The notes beneath the pieces were generated by a model, which worked only from the letters and a program-made list of their open reading frames with translations, did not search any database and was not told the DNA's origin. Positions 27,389 to 35,888 of a stretch of 64,000 bases of DNA are shown here, piece after piece. The first letter of the stretch is position 1, and every line of letters starts with the position of its first letter. Made by a program: the position numbers and the translations under genes. This DNA is from a virus, in IMG/VR virus record IMGVR_UViG_3300050821_007016, positions 1 to 64,000 of that record, one strand, 5' to 3'.

Positions 27389-27901
27389 TTACCAGCCTCG
27401 TCCTATGCCGCGAAACCATCCCGGCCACAGCGTCACGCCCGGCGGGATCGCGCCGGCTCTGCCGACGGGGACCGCGGTGCGATAGGCCGCTGTGAAAGCC
27501 CAGAATTGCGCGCCGTAGCGCGTCTGCATGTACCACGCCTGCGACGGCGATCCGGCATTGAGATCGCCCATATCCGTCCCGACCGACACCGACCCCTCGC
27601 TGGCGCTCTTGATCATGCCGACCAGCGATGCCTCGGGCGATCCGGTCGCGGCGATGTTGCCGGACGAATCGCGCGGCGCCATCAGCCACGCGATGTGCGA
27701 GGTCAGAAGATAGAGCAGCGTCAGAAGCGTGTTGCCGGGCGGGGTCTCCGAAGCGGAATAAGCCGGGTTGCTCGTGTTGTTGGGGAAGAGGACGCTGGCC
27801 TGGTTGAAATAGTCGGTCGCCATCGCCTGAGTTACGTTCAGGAATTCTGGCTTGCTTTGCTGCCAGTAGCTGTAGTCGAACGTGACCGCTGGGGCGCTCA
27901 T
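27389..27901 (-). CDS. DUF4054 head-tail adaptor
   Basis: FDY..W....PEF, LLYLLTSHIA, LVG.IKSASEGSVSV, WYMQTRYGAQFW..TAAYR. Confidence 0.9.
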   Translation of the reverse strand: MSAPAVTFDYSYWQQSKPEFLNVTQAMATDYFNQASVLFPNNTSNPAYSASETPPGNTLLTLLYLLTSHIAWLMAPRDSSGNIAATGSPEASLVGMIKSASEGSVSVGTDMGDLNAGSPSQAWYMQTRYGAQFWAFTAAYRTAVPVGRAGAIPPGVTLWPGWFRGIGRGW

Positions 27902-28155
27902 GCCGCGTACCCTCCGCTCCTCAGCACCGCCTCGGTGATCTCCACCGACCCGGGGCTCCAGCCGTCTATAGGTGCGACGTCATCGCTCTGGCCTCGGTCG
28001 CGCAGGAACTGCTTGTAGCGGTCGATCAGGCTCGCCTGCCATGACTTGTCGGGGTTGCGGCGAATCTCCTCGGCCAGGGCGAGGTGGGAGCGCCTGAGTG
28101 CCTCGTATATCTCGTCATCTGTGCGCCTGAGCGCCTCATATGGATCGAGGGTCAC
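27898..28155 (-). CDS. Hypothetical protein
   Basis: Coupled ORF; internal YEALRR duplication. Confidence 0.5.
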   Translation of the reverse strand: MTLDPYEALRRTDDEIYEALRRSHLALAEEIRRNPDKSWQASLIDRYKQFLRDRGQSDDVAPIDGWSPGSVEITEAVLRSGGYAA

Positions 28156-28448
28156 TGCGCTGCCTCCGGCGGCTTGTCGGCATCTGCGGCGTTGATGACC
28201 TCGTTGCCAAGCAGGTCGGTGAACACCGCGTTGGTCTCCTGGCGCTCGGTCCTGACCTTCTTCACGGCCGCGGCGCCGTTGGCTCGGATGTCGGACTCCA
28301 TGCCGGCCAGCTCCGCCGCGATCAGCGCCTGCACGTCAGCCGCTGCCTTCTTGACGCCGGCCATCGCCTCCCGCAGCGATCCTGCCAGCGACCCGTCCAC
28401 CACCTTCGGCATCTCAACCACCTCGATCTCGTCGCCCTCGGGCGTCAC
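28152..28448 (-). CDS. Hypothetical coiled-coil protein
   Basis: Coupled ORF. Confidence 0.55.
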   Translation of the reverse strand: MTPEGDEIEVVEMPKVVDGSLAGSLREAMAGVKKAAADVQALIAAELAGMESDIRANGAAAVKKVRTERQETNAVFTDLLGNEVINAADADKPPEAAQ

Positions 28449-28741
28449 GTAGGGTTTGGCTCCGACAACTCCGGCAGCGCGTAGACCTGCCGCAGCGTCA
28501 CGATCGGGTTCTGCTCGTTCTGCTTCTCCCAGCGGTAGTACCAGTCGCCGTCGACCTCGGTGATGCCGGGCGGCGGGTGGCCGGGGTTGACGCCGCCCGC
28601 GCGACCGTCAGGGCCGTTGAGCCTGATCGCCGGGCCGTCGTGCGCGACCGTCTTGACGTTGTCGCCGGTGCCATCGTCGTAGCCCGGCTTGGTGAGGCCG
28701 ATCAGCAGCCCCCCGATCACGTGGCAAGCGACCTTGACCAT
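28445..28741 (-). CDS. Head-associated protein, short paralogue of the upstream gene
   Basis: AGGAGG RBS; VKVACH..GGL...IRLNG...GITEVDGDWY.RW.KQN..NP.V. Confidence 0.65.
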   Translation of the reverse strand: MVKVACHVIGGLLIGLTKPGYDDGTGDNVKTVAHDGPAIRLNGPDGRAGGVNPGHPPPGITEVDGDWYYRWEKQNEQNPIVTLRQVYALPELSEPNPT

Positions 28742-28742
28742 C

Positions 28743-29396
28743 TCACCCTCCTGCTGCCGGTCGGCGCATGGCCGAGGCGTCCTCGACGTTGCCGACCTCG
28801 GGGCGCGTCGAGCGCGGCACCCGCGGGTCCTTCCCCATGCTTTTCGGGTCGAGCGGCTCAAGGCCGCTGCGCTCCGCGGCGTGCTCCCTGGCGAACCCCG
28901 CGACGTGGTCGGCGCTCTCGTGCGCGAAGATCATGTTGTTCATCACCAGCGGGTTAAGCCTGTTCTGCTTCATCCACTCGTCGAAGAACTCTTTGTCGAC
29001 TCCGGCGTTCATCGCGGCGCCCGCGACGATCAACGGCCGATCGGGAAAGCCATCTGGCGCCGTGCCGCGCGGGTATGCAGTGCCCCTCAGGCGGACCACC
29101 TTGCCGACCCGGATCGCCTCCTTGACCGTGCGCGCGCCCTGCAGCGACTGCTCGGTCTTCTCGACGATCTGGCAGAGCTGGATGTCGAAGTAGGCCACCC
29201 CCAACTTGCAGCCCACCGTCACGGTGTTACCTGACCTGCTCGGCGTCGCCAGCTCGCCGTGCGCGTCAGCCACAGCGCCGGGATTCTTGATCTGCGCCTC
29301 AGCCAGCTTCTCGGTCTCGGTGGGCGCGCCCTCCGCCCTCTGCGCCGCGATCTTCGCCGCCCGCGCCTCGCGCTTCTCCTGTGCCGTCATCGCCAT
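28743..29396 (-). CDS. Conserved post-capsid head-associated protein
   Basis: TVTVGCKL...VRLRG...VDKEFFDEWMKQN...IFA...SGLEPLDP. Confidence 0.75.
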   Translation of the reverse strand: MAMTAQEKREARAAKIAAQRAEGAPTETEKLAEAQIKNPGAVADAHGELATPSRSGNTVTVGCKLGVAYFDIQLCQIVEKTEQSLQGARTVKEAIRVGKVVRLRGTAYPRGTAPDGFPDRPLIVAGAAMNAGVDKEFFDEWMKQNRLNPLVMNNMIFAHESADHVAGFAREHAAERSGLEPLDPKSMGKDPRVPRSTRPEVGNVEDASAMRRPAAGG

Positions 29397-29450
29397 CTCG
29401 TGGTCTCCCCTGCCGTTTCGGCGCGGAGCTTATGCACAATTTGCTACAGA

Positions 29451-29486
29451 ACACAAACGGGCCGGAGAGGGGACCCTCCGACCCGT
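29451..29486 (-). terminator. Probable intrinsic terminator after the major capsid gene
   Basis: ACGGGTCGGAG-loop-CTCCGGCCCGT followed by TTGTGTT. Confidence 0.6.
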
Positions 29487-29518
29487 CACGCGCTGGCCCT
29501 TCCTAGCAAGGACTTTTA

Positions 29519-30625
29519 TCAGACGCCGAGCATGCCGCTGACGGCGAAGGGCATCCGAAGGATCGTTCCCCACACGCCGCTGGTCATCTTCTGCTTCCAG
29601 CTGGAGGGCTCGGGGATGAGCTTGTGCGAGCGGAGCTTCTCGTTGAAGGCCGGGTAGGCGACCTTCTGGTTGTCGACCTTGTCCACGATGATCTGGAACA
29701 GGTTGCCGACGGCCGAGTAGCCCTGGTTGTTCGTGGTCGTCTTGGCGCCGTACTGCGGGGCCGGGACGATCTTCATGTTCGGGAAGCCCTCTTTCAAAAG
29801 TCCCGCCACCGTCACGCCGAAGGAGTTCGCGAACTTCATCGCCAGCTGCGACTGCGGCGACAGCGCCAGCGTCATCGGGTCGTCCATGCCGACGGCGCCG
29901 TTGGTCTGGTTGATGATCTGCTCCACCACGGCGAGGATGTCGTTGTAGACCTCGTTGGCGGTAGCTGCCGGCGAGCCGGAGTTGAACCAGGTGGTGCCGC
30001 CCCAAGCCTTCACCGCCGGCGACAGGTAGGCCGACAGGAACGGGTTGTTGAGCAGGCCGTAGTTCTGCAGGTTCACGATGCCGAACGCGTAGGCGAGGTT
30101 GCCGAAGCGGTTGAGCAGGCCTGAGGCCGTGCCCGTCAGCTCGCTGACGTAGTTGATCCGCATCAGTCCGGCCCGCTCCGTCTCCCGCTCGCCGTAGGCG
30201 ATGAAGGTCTGGAAGAGGTACGACTGGAACTGCGGGTAGTTGAAGTTGATGCCGGTGCGGCCGTTGTTCGAGAAGTCGTCGTAGCTGGTGACCTCGCCGT
30301 CCTCTTCGATGACCGGGAAGATGCGGGTCTCTTCGAGCCAGTCGCCGGCCTTCTTCTCGCCGCCGAGGATTTTCGCGATCTGCAGCGGCGCGAACACGAC
30401 GCGGATCACGTCGGGGTCGATCGCCGTCGTCAGCATCATCGGCAGCGCCGCGTTCGGGTCGGTCGAGAGGTTGCCCGCGGCGTCCATCGCCAGCCCGACT
30501 AGGGACCGGTCCGAGTTCTTCCACTCGTCGGGCACGAGCATCCTGACGCCGGGGAGAACCAGCCCGTTGGCCTCGTAGACCGGCCTAAGCTCATTCCACG
30601 CTGCGATCGCTGCATTCCGGTCCAT
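29519..30625 (-). CDS. Major capsid protein (DUF2184/HK97 fold)
   Basis: LAMDA, IDP.VIRVVFAP, KKAGDW, GEVTSYDDFSNNG, QSYLFQT...YGERE, NYGLLNNP, FNEKLRSH, SSWKQK..G.WG; ATG 30625 best fits the AGGAG RBS. Confidence 0.93.
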   Translation of the reverse strand: MDRNAAIAAWNELRPVYEANGLVLPGVRMLVPDEWKNSDRSLVGLAMDAAGNLSTDPNAALPMMLTTAIDPDVIRVVFAPLQIAKILGGEKKAGDWLEETRIFPVIEEDGEVTSYDDFSNNGRTGINFNYPQFQSYLFQTFIAYGERETERAGLMRINYVSELTGTASGLLNRFGNLAYAFGIVNLQNYGLLNNPFLSAYLSPAVKAWGGTTWFNSGSPAATANEVYNDILAVVEQIINQTNGAVGMDDPMTLALSPQSQLAMKFANSFGVTVAGLLKEGFPNMKIVPAPQYGAKTTTNNQGYSAVGNLFQIIVDKVDNQKVAYPAFNEKLRSHKLIPEPSSWKQKMTSGVWGTILRMPFAVSGMLGV

Positions 30626-30656
30626 CGAGGTCACTCCTGCCTTAGTTGTCCTGGCC

Positions 30657-31616
30657 TCAGTTGTTGCCAGCGTCGCTGGTCGAGCTGATCTTGACGAGTT
30701 CGCCGACCAGGCCGGTCGACCTGGCGAAGAACTTAGTTTCCACCGCGAGGCTCGCGGTGATCGTGGTCGAGCTGACCACCGTGTTGTTGTTGACGACCAT
30801 CGTGCCGCCGGTGCCGCCGGAGCCGGTGAGGTTCGCCGTGATGACGGTGCCGGCCACCACGTTCGTGCCGGTCAGCTGGTCGCCGACCGCGAAGGTGCCG
30901 GTCGCCGTACCGATCGTCAGCGTGCCGTAGGTGCCCGAGATGGTCTCGGAGACCGCAGTGATCTCGCCGACGTTGAGGGAGTAGGTGCCGACGCCGCCCG
31001 GGGTTCCGGTCAGCTGCGAGACGATCTGTGGTGCCGGAGCGGTCGGGATGCCGGTGCCCGAGATCGAGCCGCCGACCACGACCGTGCCGGAGCCGACGAC
31101 GGTGACCGTCATCACGTTGCCCGAGACCGAGCCGGTGACCGAGAAGGTCGAGGCCGCGATCGAGGAGGCGGTCGCCGAGGCCCCGCCGAAGATGGTGCCG
31201 GCAGTCGCGAACGCCACCTTGCCGGTGGCGACGAAGGCGAACGCCTTCTGGCCGACCTCAGCCTCGGTGGTGCCGTCGTTCTGGACGAGGAAGTCGCCCG
31301 CGATCTGCAGCGCGGTCTGCGCGCCGGGCTGGACCTGCATGCCGGCGTCCGAGAGGAACGTGGTGTTCAGCGCCTGCTGGTTCTTCATCAGGAAGCCGTT
31401 CGGCGCGCCGTTGCCGTTGCTGTTGGCCAGCGTCGGTCCGCCGTTGGGGTCGAGCGGCTGCGTCACCCAGGCGAAGCGCCCGACGAACAGCGAGGTGCCC
31501 GAGACCAGCCCGCCGGGGCCGGCTGGATACGAGAAGATCGGGTTCTGGCTCCAACGGTCGCCCGCCACGCCGATCGCCGGCTGAAGGAAAACCTGCGTCT
31601 GAAAGCCGCTGGCCAT
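30657..31616 (-). CDS. Head decoration/cement protein with inserted beta-modules
   Basis: FQTQV..QPAIGVAGD..S.NP, VGRFAW, P.GF, GDF.V, VETKF...S....GELVKISS; lies between protease and capsid. Confidence 0.85.
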   Translation of the reverse strand: MASGFQTQVFLQPAIGVAGDRWSQNPIFSYPAGPGGLVSGTSLFVGRFAWVTQPLDPNGGPTLANSNGNGAPNGFLMKNQQALNTTFLSDAGMQVQPGAQTALQIAGDFLVQNDGTTEAEVGQKAFAFVATGKVAFATAGTIFGGASATASSIAASTFSVTGSVSGNVMTVTVVGSGTVVVGGSISGTGIPTAPAPQIVSQLTGTPGGVGTYSLNVGEITAVSETISGTYGTLTIGTATGTFAVGDQLTGTNVVAGTVITANLTGSGGTGGTMVVNNNTVVSSTTITASLAVETKFFARSTGLVGELVKISSTSDAGNN

Positions 31617-31653
31617 GTTCTGTCTCTCCTACTTCGCGGTTCGAGGCTGCGCC

Positions 31654-33837
31654 TCACAGGGTCGAGATGTTCTCCAGGCCGGGGGCCAGCTTGAGCGCCT
31701 TGTCCACCGCGTCCATCGCGATCGTCTGCGAGGAGTGATGCTCGGGCGCCCGCGCGCCGGCCTTCGGCAGCGTCTTGAGGATCGGCAGCAGCGCGTCAGC
31801 GTGGAGCGTCTTGGCGCCGTCCACGCTACGCATGACCAAGGCGTGGCGGTAGACGTCGGCCGCGCTGTCGAACGCCATCTTGGAGTCGATCTCGCCGACC
31901 CACGGCGCGACCTCCGCGATCGCCACCCTGACGCCGCGCTCGTTGTCCTTGAGTGCCTTCAGCTGCTTCTGGAACTCAGCGGCCTGCACCTGCAGCGCCG
32001 CGTCCATCGCCGGCTTGCTCACCATGTCCTTGTCCTTCTCGTCTTTGTCCGGGAACTCGTCGCCGCCAGCCGGGCTGGCCGAGAGGTTGCTCGACGGTCC
32101 GCCCGCGGCGATGTTCTGCCATTCGGGGGGCATCATGTCGCAGACCTTCTGGATGTCGTCCTCGCCCATGCCCTTCTCGCGCAGGAAGGCTTTCATCGGC
32201 TCGGCGTCGAAACCCTTCTTCTCGCCGGACTCGGCGCCTGGCGGGAAATCCTTCTTCTGGGGCTCTGGCTTGTCGATCGGGCCGACCTTCGCGGCCTCCT
32301 CGACCTCCTCCGGCTTGCCGCCGAACGGCTCGTCAGAAGCTTCCATGCCGCTGAAGGCGTCGACGGCCTTAGCGAGGTCCTCCATCGAGGCGTCGAGCGC
32401 TATGCCCTTGCGGAGCTTGCCCTCGGCCGCCTTGCGGATGCCGGCCAGCAGGTCCTTCTTGCTGGCGTTGAAATTCTTGGTGGTGAGCGACTTGAACAGA
32501 TCGACCGGCAGCGTGATCTTCTGGTCCATCGCGATTTGCGGCGCGATCTTCGCGGCCACGTGGTTGAGGACAACCGCTGCAAACCTGGTCGGCTTAGCCA
32601 TCTCGCTCTCCTTGAGTGCCTCGTCGCCGACGACCACGTCGGGTCCGGCTCGTCCGTCTTCCACTAACGCTACGTGATTGAAAACGATGTCCCGCATCAC
32701 TCCGTCGTAGTCGGTACCACGGAAATTTCCCGGTGTCATGTCCGGCTTGTAGTGGTAGCCGGCCGACAGCTCCTGCTGCCTTCCGGTCTCTATCGCGTCG
32801 ATCGCCTCCTGCGAGTTAACGAACAGCGAGTTGTCGAGGTACTCGCCATCGAACTCCGCGTCGGTCCCGAGCGAGCCAACGGTCTCATACGGGTGATGGT
32901 CGTCCGCGCTTACGGGCACGTGTTTGATAAGCAATTGCACGCCATTCAGCGTCGGCGCGGCCTTCGCAAGCTCCTCCGGGTCCCGTAGCAAAAAGTAGAC
33001 GCGGTCGGGCTCCAGCCCGATCTCTTCCCAGCCCGGAATCTCCTCGCCGCGGTAGGGGCAAACGTTGGCCTTCGAGACGTGGGTTCGCTTGACGATCAGC
33101 CGGCCGTCGCGGGTCTTCTCGCGGACCGAGTCGCGGTCCATCGCGATCTCGAATCGCGAATCAGCGCGCGGGCCGAACGACCTGTCCATCGCCATCGCGG
33201 AGTCCTGCGCCTGACTGACTCGATCTGAGTCACTCTTCTTCGGCGTCTGCGAGTTGCAGCACGCCTTCGGCTCGATCGGCCGGTCCTCGTGGAAGTAATC
33301 GCCGAGCTTCTCGTTCAGCTCCTCGTACCAGCCGCACTTCTCGTTGCCGCCGTAGAAGCAGTTCTCGCAGCGCACCGCGCGCTCGACGTAGCCGACCTCC
33401 TCCTTGGACGCGGAACCCCCCGCGCCCTCGGCCAGCTTGCCGGCGTGCTCCTTGACGACGCCTGGGTCCGGCGTGGCGTCCGGCGTGGGCCAGGACGCGA
33501 ACTCGCCGCACGACCCGCAGTCTTCGCCGCCATCAACGGCCTCCTGCGATCCCAGCACCACGCAGAGGTCGCAGCCCTTCTTGTGCTTGCCCTCCGCCGG
33601 CATCGCGTCCTTCGGAACCAGCATCCGGCAGGCGTAGCACTGCGCGTGCTGGTCGCGCATCTCCGGCGCCGCGTTCTTCGGCGGCTCCATATACTCGAAG
33701 ATCGAGCGGTCGTTCTTGGGGGCCGATTCGTCGGCGGCGACGAACTCCTCGCCCACCTTCTTCGGAATGCCGAGCGTCGAGTGGCCGTGCGCTGCGGCCT
33801 CCATCGCGTTATGCTGCTTCTCGCTCACTGACGGCAT
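31654..33837 (-). CDS. Prohead protease/scaffold (DUF2213) with Cys-rich N-terminal extension
   Basis: SKANVCPYRGEEIPG, LLRDPEEL.KAA.T, QELSAGY, YDGVMRDI.FNHVALVEDGRAGPDVVVGD. Confidence 0.92.
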   Translation of the reverse strand: MPSVSEKQHNAMEAAAHGHSTLGIPKKVGEEFVAADESAPKNDRSIFEYMEPPKNAAPEMRDQHAQCYACRMLVPKDAMPAEGKHKKGCDLCVVLGSQEAVDGGEDCGSCGEFASWPTPDATPDPGVVKEHAGKLAEGAGGSASKEEVGYVERAVRCENCFYGGNEKCGWYEELNEKLGDYFHEDRPIEPKACCNSQTPKKSDSDRVSQAQDSAMAMDRSFGPRADSRFEIAMDRDSVREKTRDGRLIVKRTHVSKANVCPYRGEEIPGWEEIGLEPDRVYFLLRDPEELAKAAPTLNGVQLLIKHVPVSADDHHPYETVGSLGTDAEFDGEYLDNSLFVNSQEAIDAIETGRQQELSAGYHYKPDMTPGNFRGTDYDGVMRDIVFNHVALVEDGRAGPDVVVGDEALKESEMAKPTRFAAVVLNHVAAKIAPQIAMDQKITLPVDLFKSLTTKNFNASKKDLLAGIRKAAEGKLRKGIALDASMEDLAKAVDAFSGMEASDEPFGGKPEEVEEAAKVGPIDKPEPQKKDFPPGAESGEKKGFDAEPMKAFLREKGMGEDDIQKVCDMMPPEWQNIAAGGPSSNLSASPAGGDEFPDKDEKDKDMVSKPAMDAALQVQAAEFQKQLKALKDNERGVRVAIAEVAPWVGEIDSKMAFDSAADVYRHALVMRSVDGAKTLHADALLPILKTLPKAGARAPEHHSSQTIAMDAVDKALKLAPGLENISTL

Positions 33838-33850
33838 GGCGTCGCGTTTA

Positions 33851-34087
33851 TCACGCGACCCGATTCCGCACAAACCGGATGCGCTGCTCTCCGGGCAGCT
33901 TCGCCCTCGGGTTGCCCTCGTCGTCCAGGATCGACTGCACCAGCATGTCCTTGATGATGACCTTCATCAGCCTCTGGACCAGGCGCCGCCGGGAAATCTG
34001 ACGGATGCGGCAGCAGGCATCGATGTAGTTGGCCTGTTCCTCGCTCAGAGTCATTTTGACCCTGATGTCCACGTCATCTACCTCCAT
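33851..34087 (-). CDS. Ribbon-helix-helix-like DNA-binding protein
   Basis: IRVKMTLSEEQANYIDACC...ISRRRLVQRLM. Confidence 0.5.
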   Translation of the reverse strand: MEVDDVDIRVKMTLSEEQANYIDACCRIRQISRRRLVQRLMKVIIKDMLVQSILDDEGNPRAKLPGEQRIRFVRNRVA

Positions 34088-34268
34088 CGGATTTTGCGAT
34101 CCTAACGCATTCGTAACCTTCGAACTTGTGCAACCGATGGACCAACTGGACTCCATCGCCGGCGCACTCGCCTTGAAACTCATACGCTTGAGCCAGGGCG
34201 TGAGCCTCGCACTGAAGCTTGTGCGTGTATTCGGTGGATGAACAAGTCAGCAGGACCAGGAACCACAT
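34074..34268 (-). CDS. Small Cys-containing hypothetical protein
   Basis: MWFLVLLTC...C...C...C. Confidence 0.45.
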   Translation of the reverse strand: MWFLVLLTCSSTEYTHKLQCEAHALAQAYEFQGECAGDGVQLVHRLHKFEGYECVRIAKSDGGR

Positions 34269-34271
34269 GAT

Positions 34272-34796
34272 TCACCCCATCATCCCCGGCATGAAGCAGC
34301 GGATGTGATAGCTGCCCGTGTCGCCGTACCATTCGCGGCTTCCCCACACCATCGCCGGACCGTACTTGTTCGGATCGGTGACGACGGCCTCGTCGGGCAC
34401 GTTGATCCACTTCTGCTCGATCATCACCTTGTAGTGGTTGGCCCCGCGCTCGTCCCTGTAGGTGTCCCATTCGGCGTCCTTGACAAGCGCGCCGTCCTGG
34501 TTCGAGCAGCAACGCGCCTTTCGGCTGCCGTCCGGTGCGCCCTGCGAGTGGAGCTGATTGAACCAGTCATTCAGGTCGACGCGATGGTGGAGGGGGTCGT
34601 GCGCGGCGACTTCGCCAAAGCCAGCCAAAAAAAGATAGATGACCGCGGTGACGATCGCGAGGCTGAGCAGGCCCATGAACGCCTTAGTCGCCCGCTCCCG
34701 CCACACCTCCGACGACAGCTCGATCAGCATGATGAGCGAGCAGATCGCGACCAGCACGACGAACGTCATAAACGTCTTGAATACGATCTCATTCAT
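34272..34796 (-). CDS. Membrane-anchored periplasmic Cys-domain protein
   Basis: Two TM segments, then AHDP...DWF..L...CCSNQDG...WINVPDEAVV..PN..G.A.VW...IRCF.PG. Confidence 0.65.
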   Translation of the reverse strand: MNEIVFKTFMTFVVLVAICSLIMLIELSSEVWRERATKAFMGLLSLAIVTAVIYLFLAGFGEVAAHDPLHHRVDLNDWFNQLHSQGAPDGSRKARCCSNQDGALVKDAEWDTYRDERGANHYKVMIEQKWINVPDEAVVTDPNKYGPAMVWGSREWYGDTGSYHIRCFMPGMMG

Positions 34797-34906
34797 GGCC
34801 CCTTCCCCCGATTCGAATCCCTTAAGCTATTCAACCACGTTTGGGGAAGGTTGCCACACCATGGCCTCACAGCCGTCGGATTTTCGTCACGAGTGACGTT
34901 TTGGCA

Positions 34907-35695
34907 TCAGCTGAAGCCTTTGATGACCGACCGGCTCACGCAGCGGCAGTTGATCAGCGTCCCCGGCCAGATGTAGTCGTTCACCTTGGGATCGGGATCG
35001 AACCAGCCCTTCGCCGGATCGTACTCCTTGCCGGAGTTGGCGAGGTGGGTCGGGCGCGGCTCCTTGCCGCCGTGGGAGTGAAGCCAGACCGCCTTCAGGC
35101 CCAGTTCGACCTGGCGCACGCGGACGAACACTGAAGTCGCCTTGTTGTTTTGATCTCGGGCGATCAGCGCGGCGCGCGCCCGCGTCAGGTCATAGCGCGC
35201 CTCCAGCATCTTCGTCAGCGAGCCGAGGTCGCGGCCGGCGGTGACCGAGCGCATCACCAGGCCCTCGACGTCCGAATGATACTTCTGCGCGATCGAGCGG
35301 ATCAGCCCGACGTTCTCCGCGATCGTCGCCTCGTAGGCGTCGCGCATGGTGGGCGTCATGTTGAAGGCGATCGTCATCCCGGAATCGCCGAGGATGCGCT
35401 TGAGCGACGCCGCGGACCGACGCTCGGCCGACTTGGCGAACCAGCGCGCCAGCTTCGGCGCCGTCTCGTTGATCCGCTTCTCCCAGCGCTTGCCGAGGTA
35501 GGAAAGCTCGCGCTGCAGCTCCTTGGCCGGCGTCGCGTCCATCGCCAGCCGCGGCGGATTGTCCCGGTACTGCGCCTTGATCCAGTGCGCGTAGGACCGC
35601 GCCATAGCCTCGACCAGAGCCGCGATCCGGCGGCGGTAGTCGGCCTGGATGCCGGCGTTGGGGTGCACGGGCCGGAGCGGCTTACTCTTCTTCAA
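34907..35695 (-). CDS. Minor head morphogenesis protein (SPP1 gp7 / Mu gpF)
   Basis: PVHPNAGI, ENVGLIRSI, RAALIARDQNNKA, W.HS.....PRPTH, PGTLINCRC. Start uncertain (TTG 35695 or ATG 35740). Confidence 0.88.
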   Translation of the reverse strand: MKKSKPLRPVHPNAGIQADYRRRIAALVEAMARSYAHWIKAQYRDNPPRLAMDATPAKELQRELSYLGKRWEKRINETAPKLARWFAKSAERRSAASLKRILGDSGMTIAFNMTPTMRDAYEATIAENVGLIRSIAQKYHSDVEGLVMRSVTAGRDLGSLTKMLEARYDLTRARAALIARDQNNKATSVFVRVRQVELGLKAVWLHSHGGKEPRPTHLANSGKEYDPAKGWFDPDPKVNDYIWPGTLINCRCVSRSVIKGFS

Positions 35696-35888
35696 GGTCC
35701 TCGCCCTCGGCTGCGGCCTCGTAGTCGGCTCGCAGATCATCGTCCGAATCGCCGCCGAGCACCGATTCAAACGCCTCTTCCTCGGCGTCGCGATCGGCGA
35801 TCGACCGCGAGGCCTCCTCCGGCGTCATGATCGAGATCGAGCCATCAGCCATCTCACCCGGTGCCCACTTTGCCTTGTCAGAGTTCAT
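35682..35888 (-). CDS. Small, very acidic protein (candidate ART immunity/antitoxin)
   Basis: GGAGGA RBS inside the end of the ART coding region; about one third Asp/Glu. Confidence 0.55.
   Translation of the reverse strand: MNSDKAKWAPGEMADGSISIMTPEEASRSIADRDAEEEAFESVLGGDSDDDLRADYEAAAEGEDLEEE

Noticed and set aside
34800-34905. tRNA (GATTCGAATCCC resembles a T-arm)
   Set aside because: I could not build an acceptor stem, D-arm or anticodon arm on either strand.
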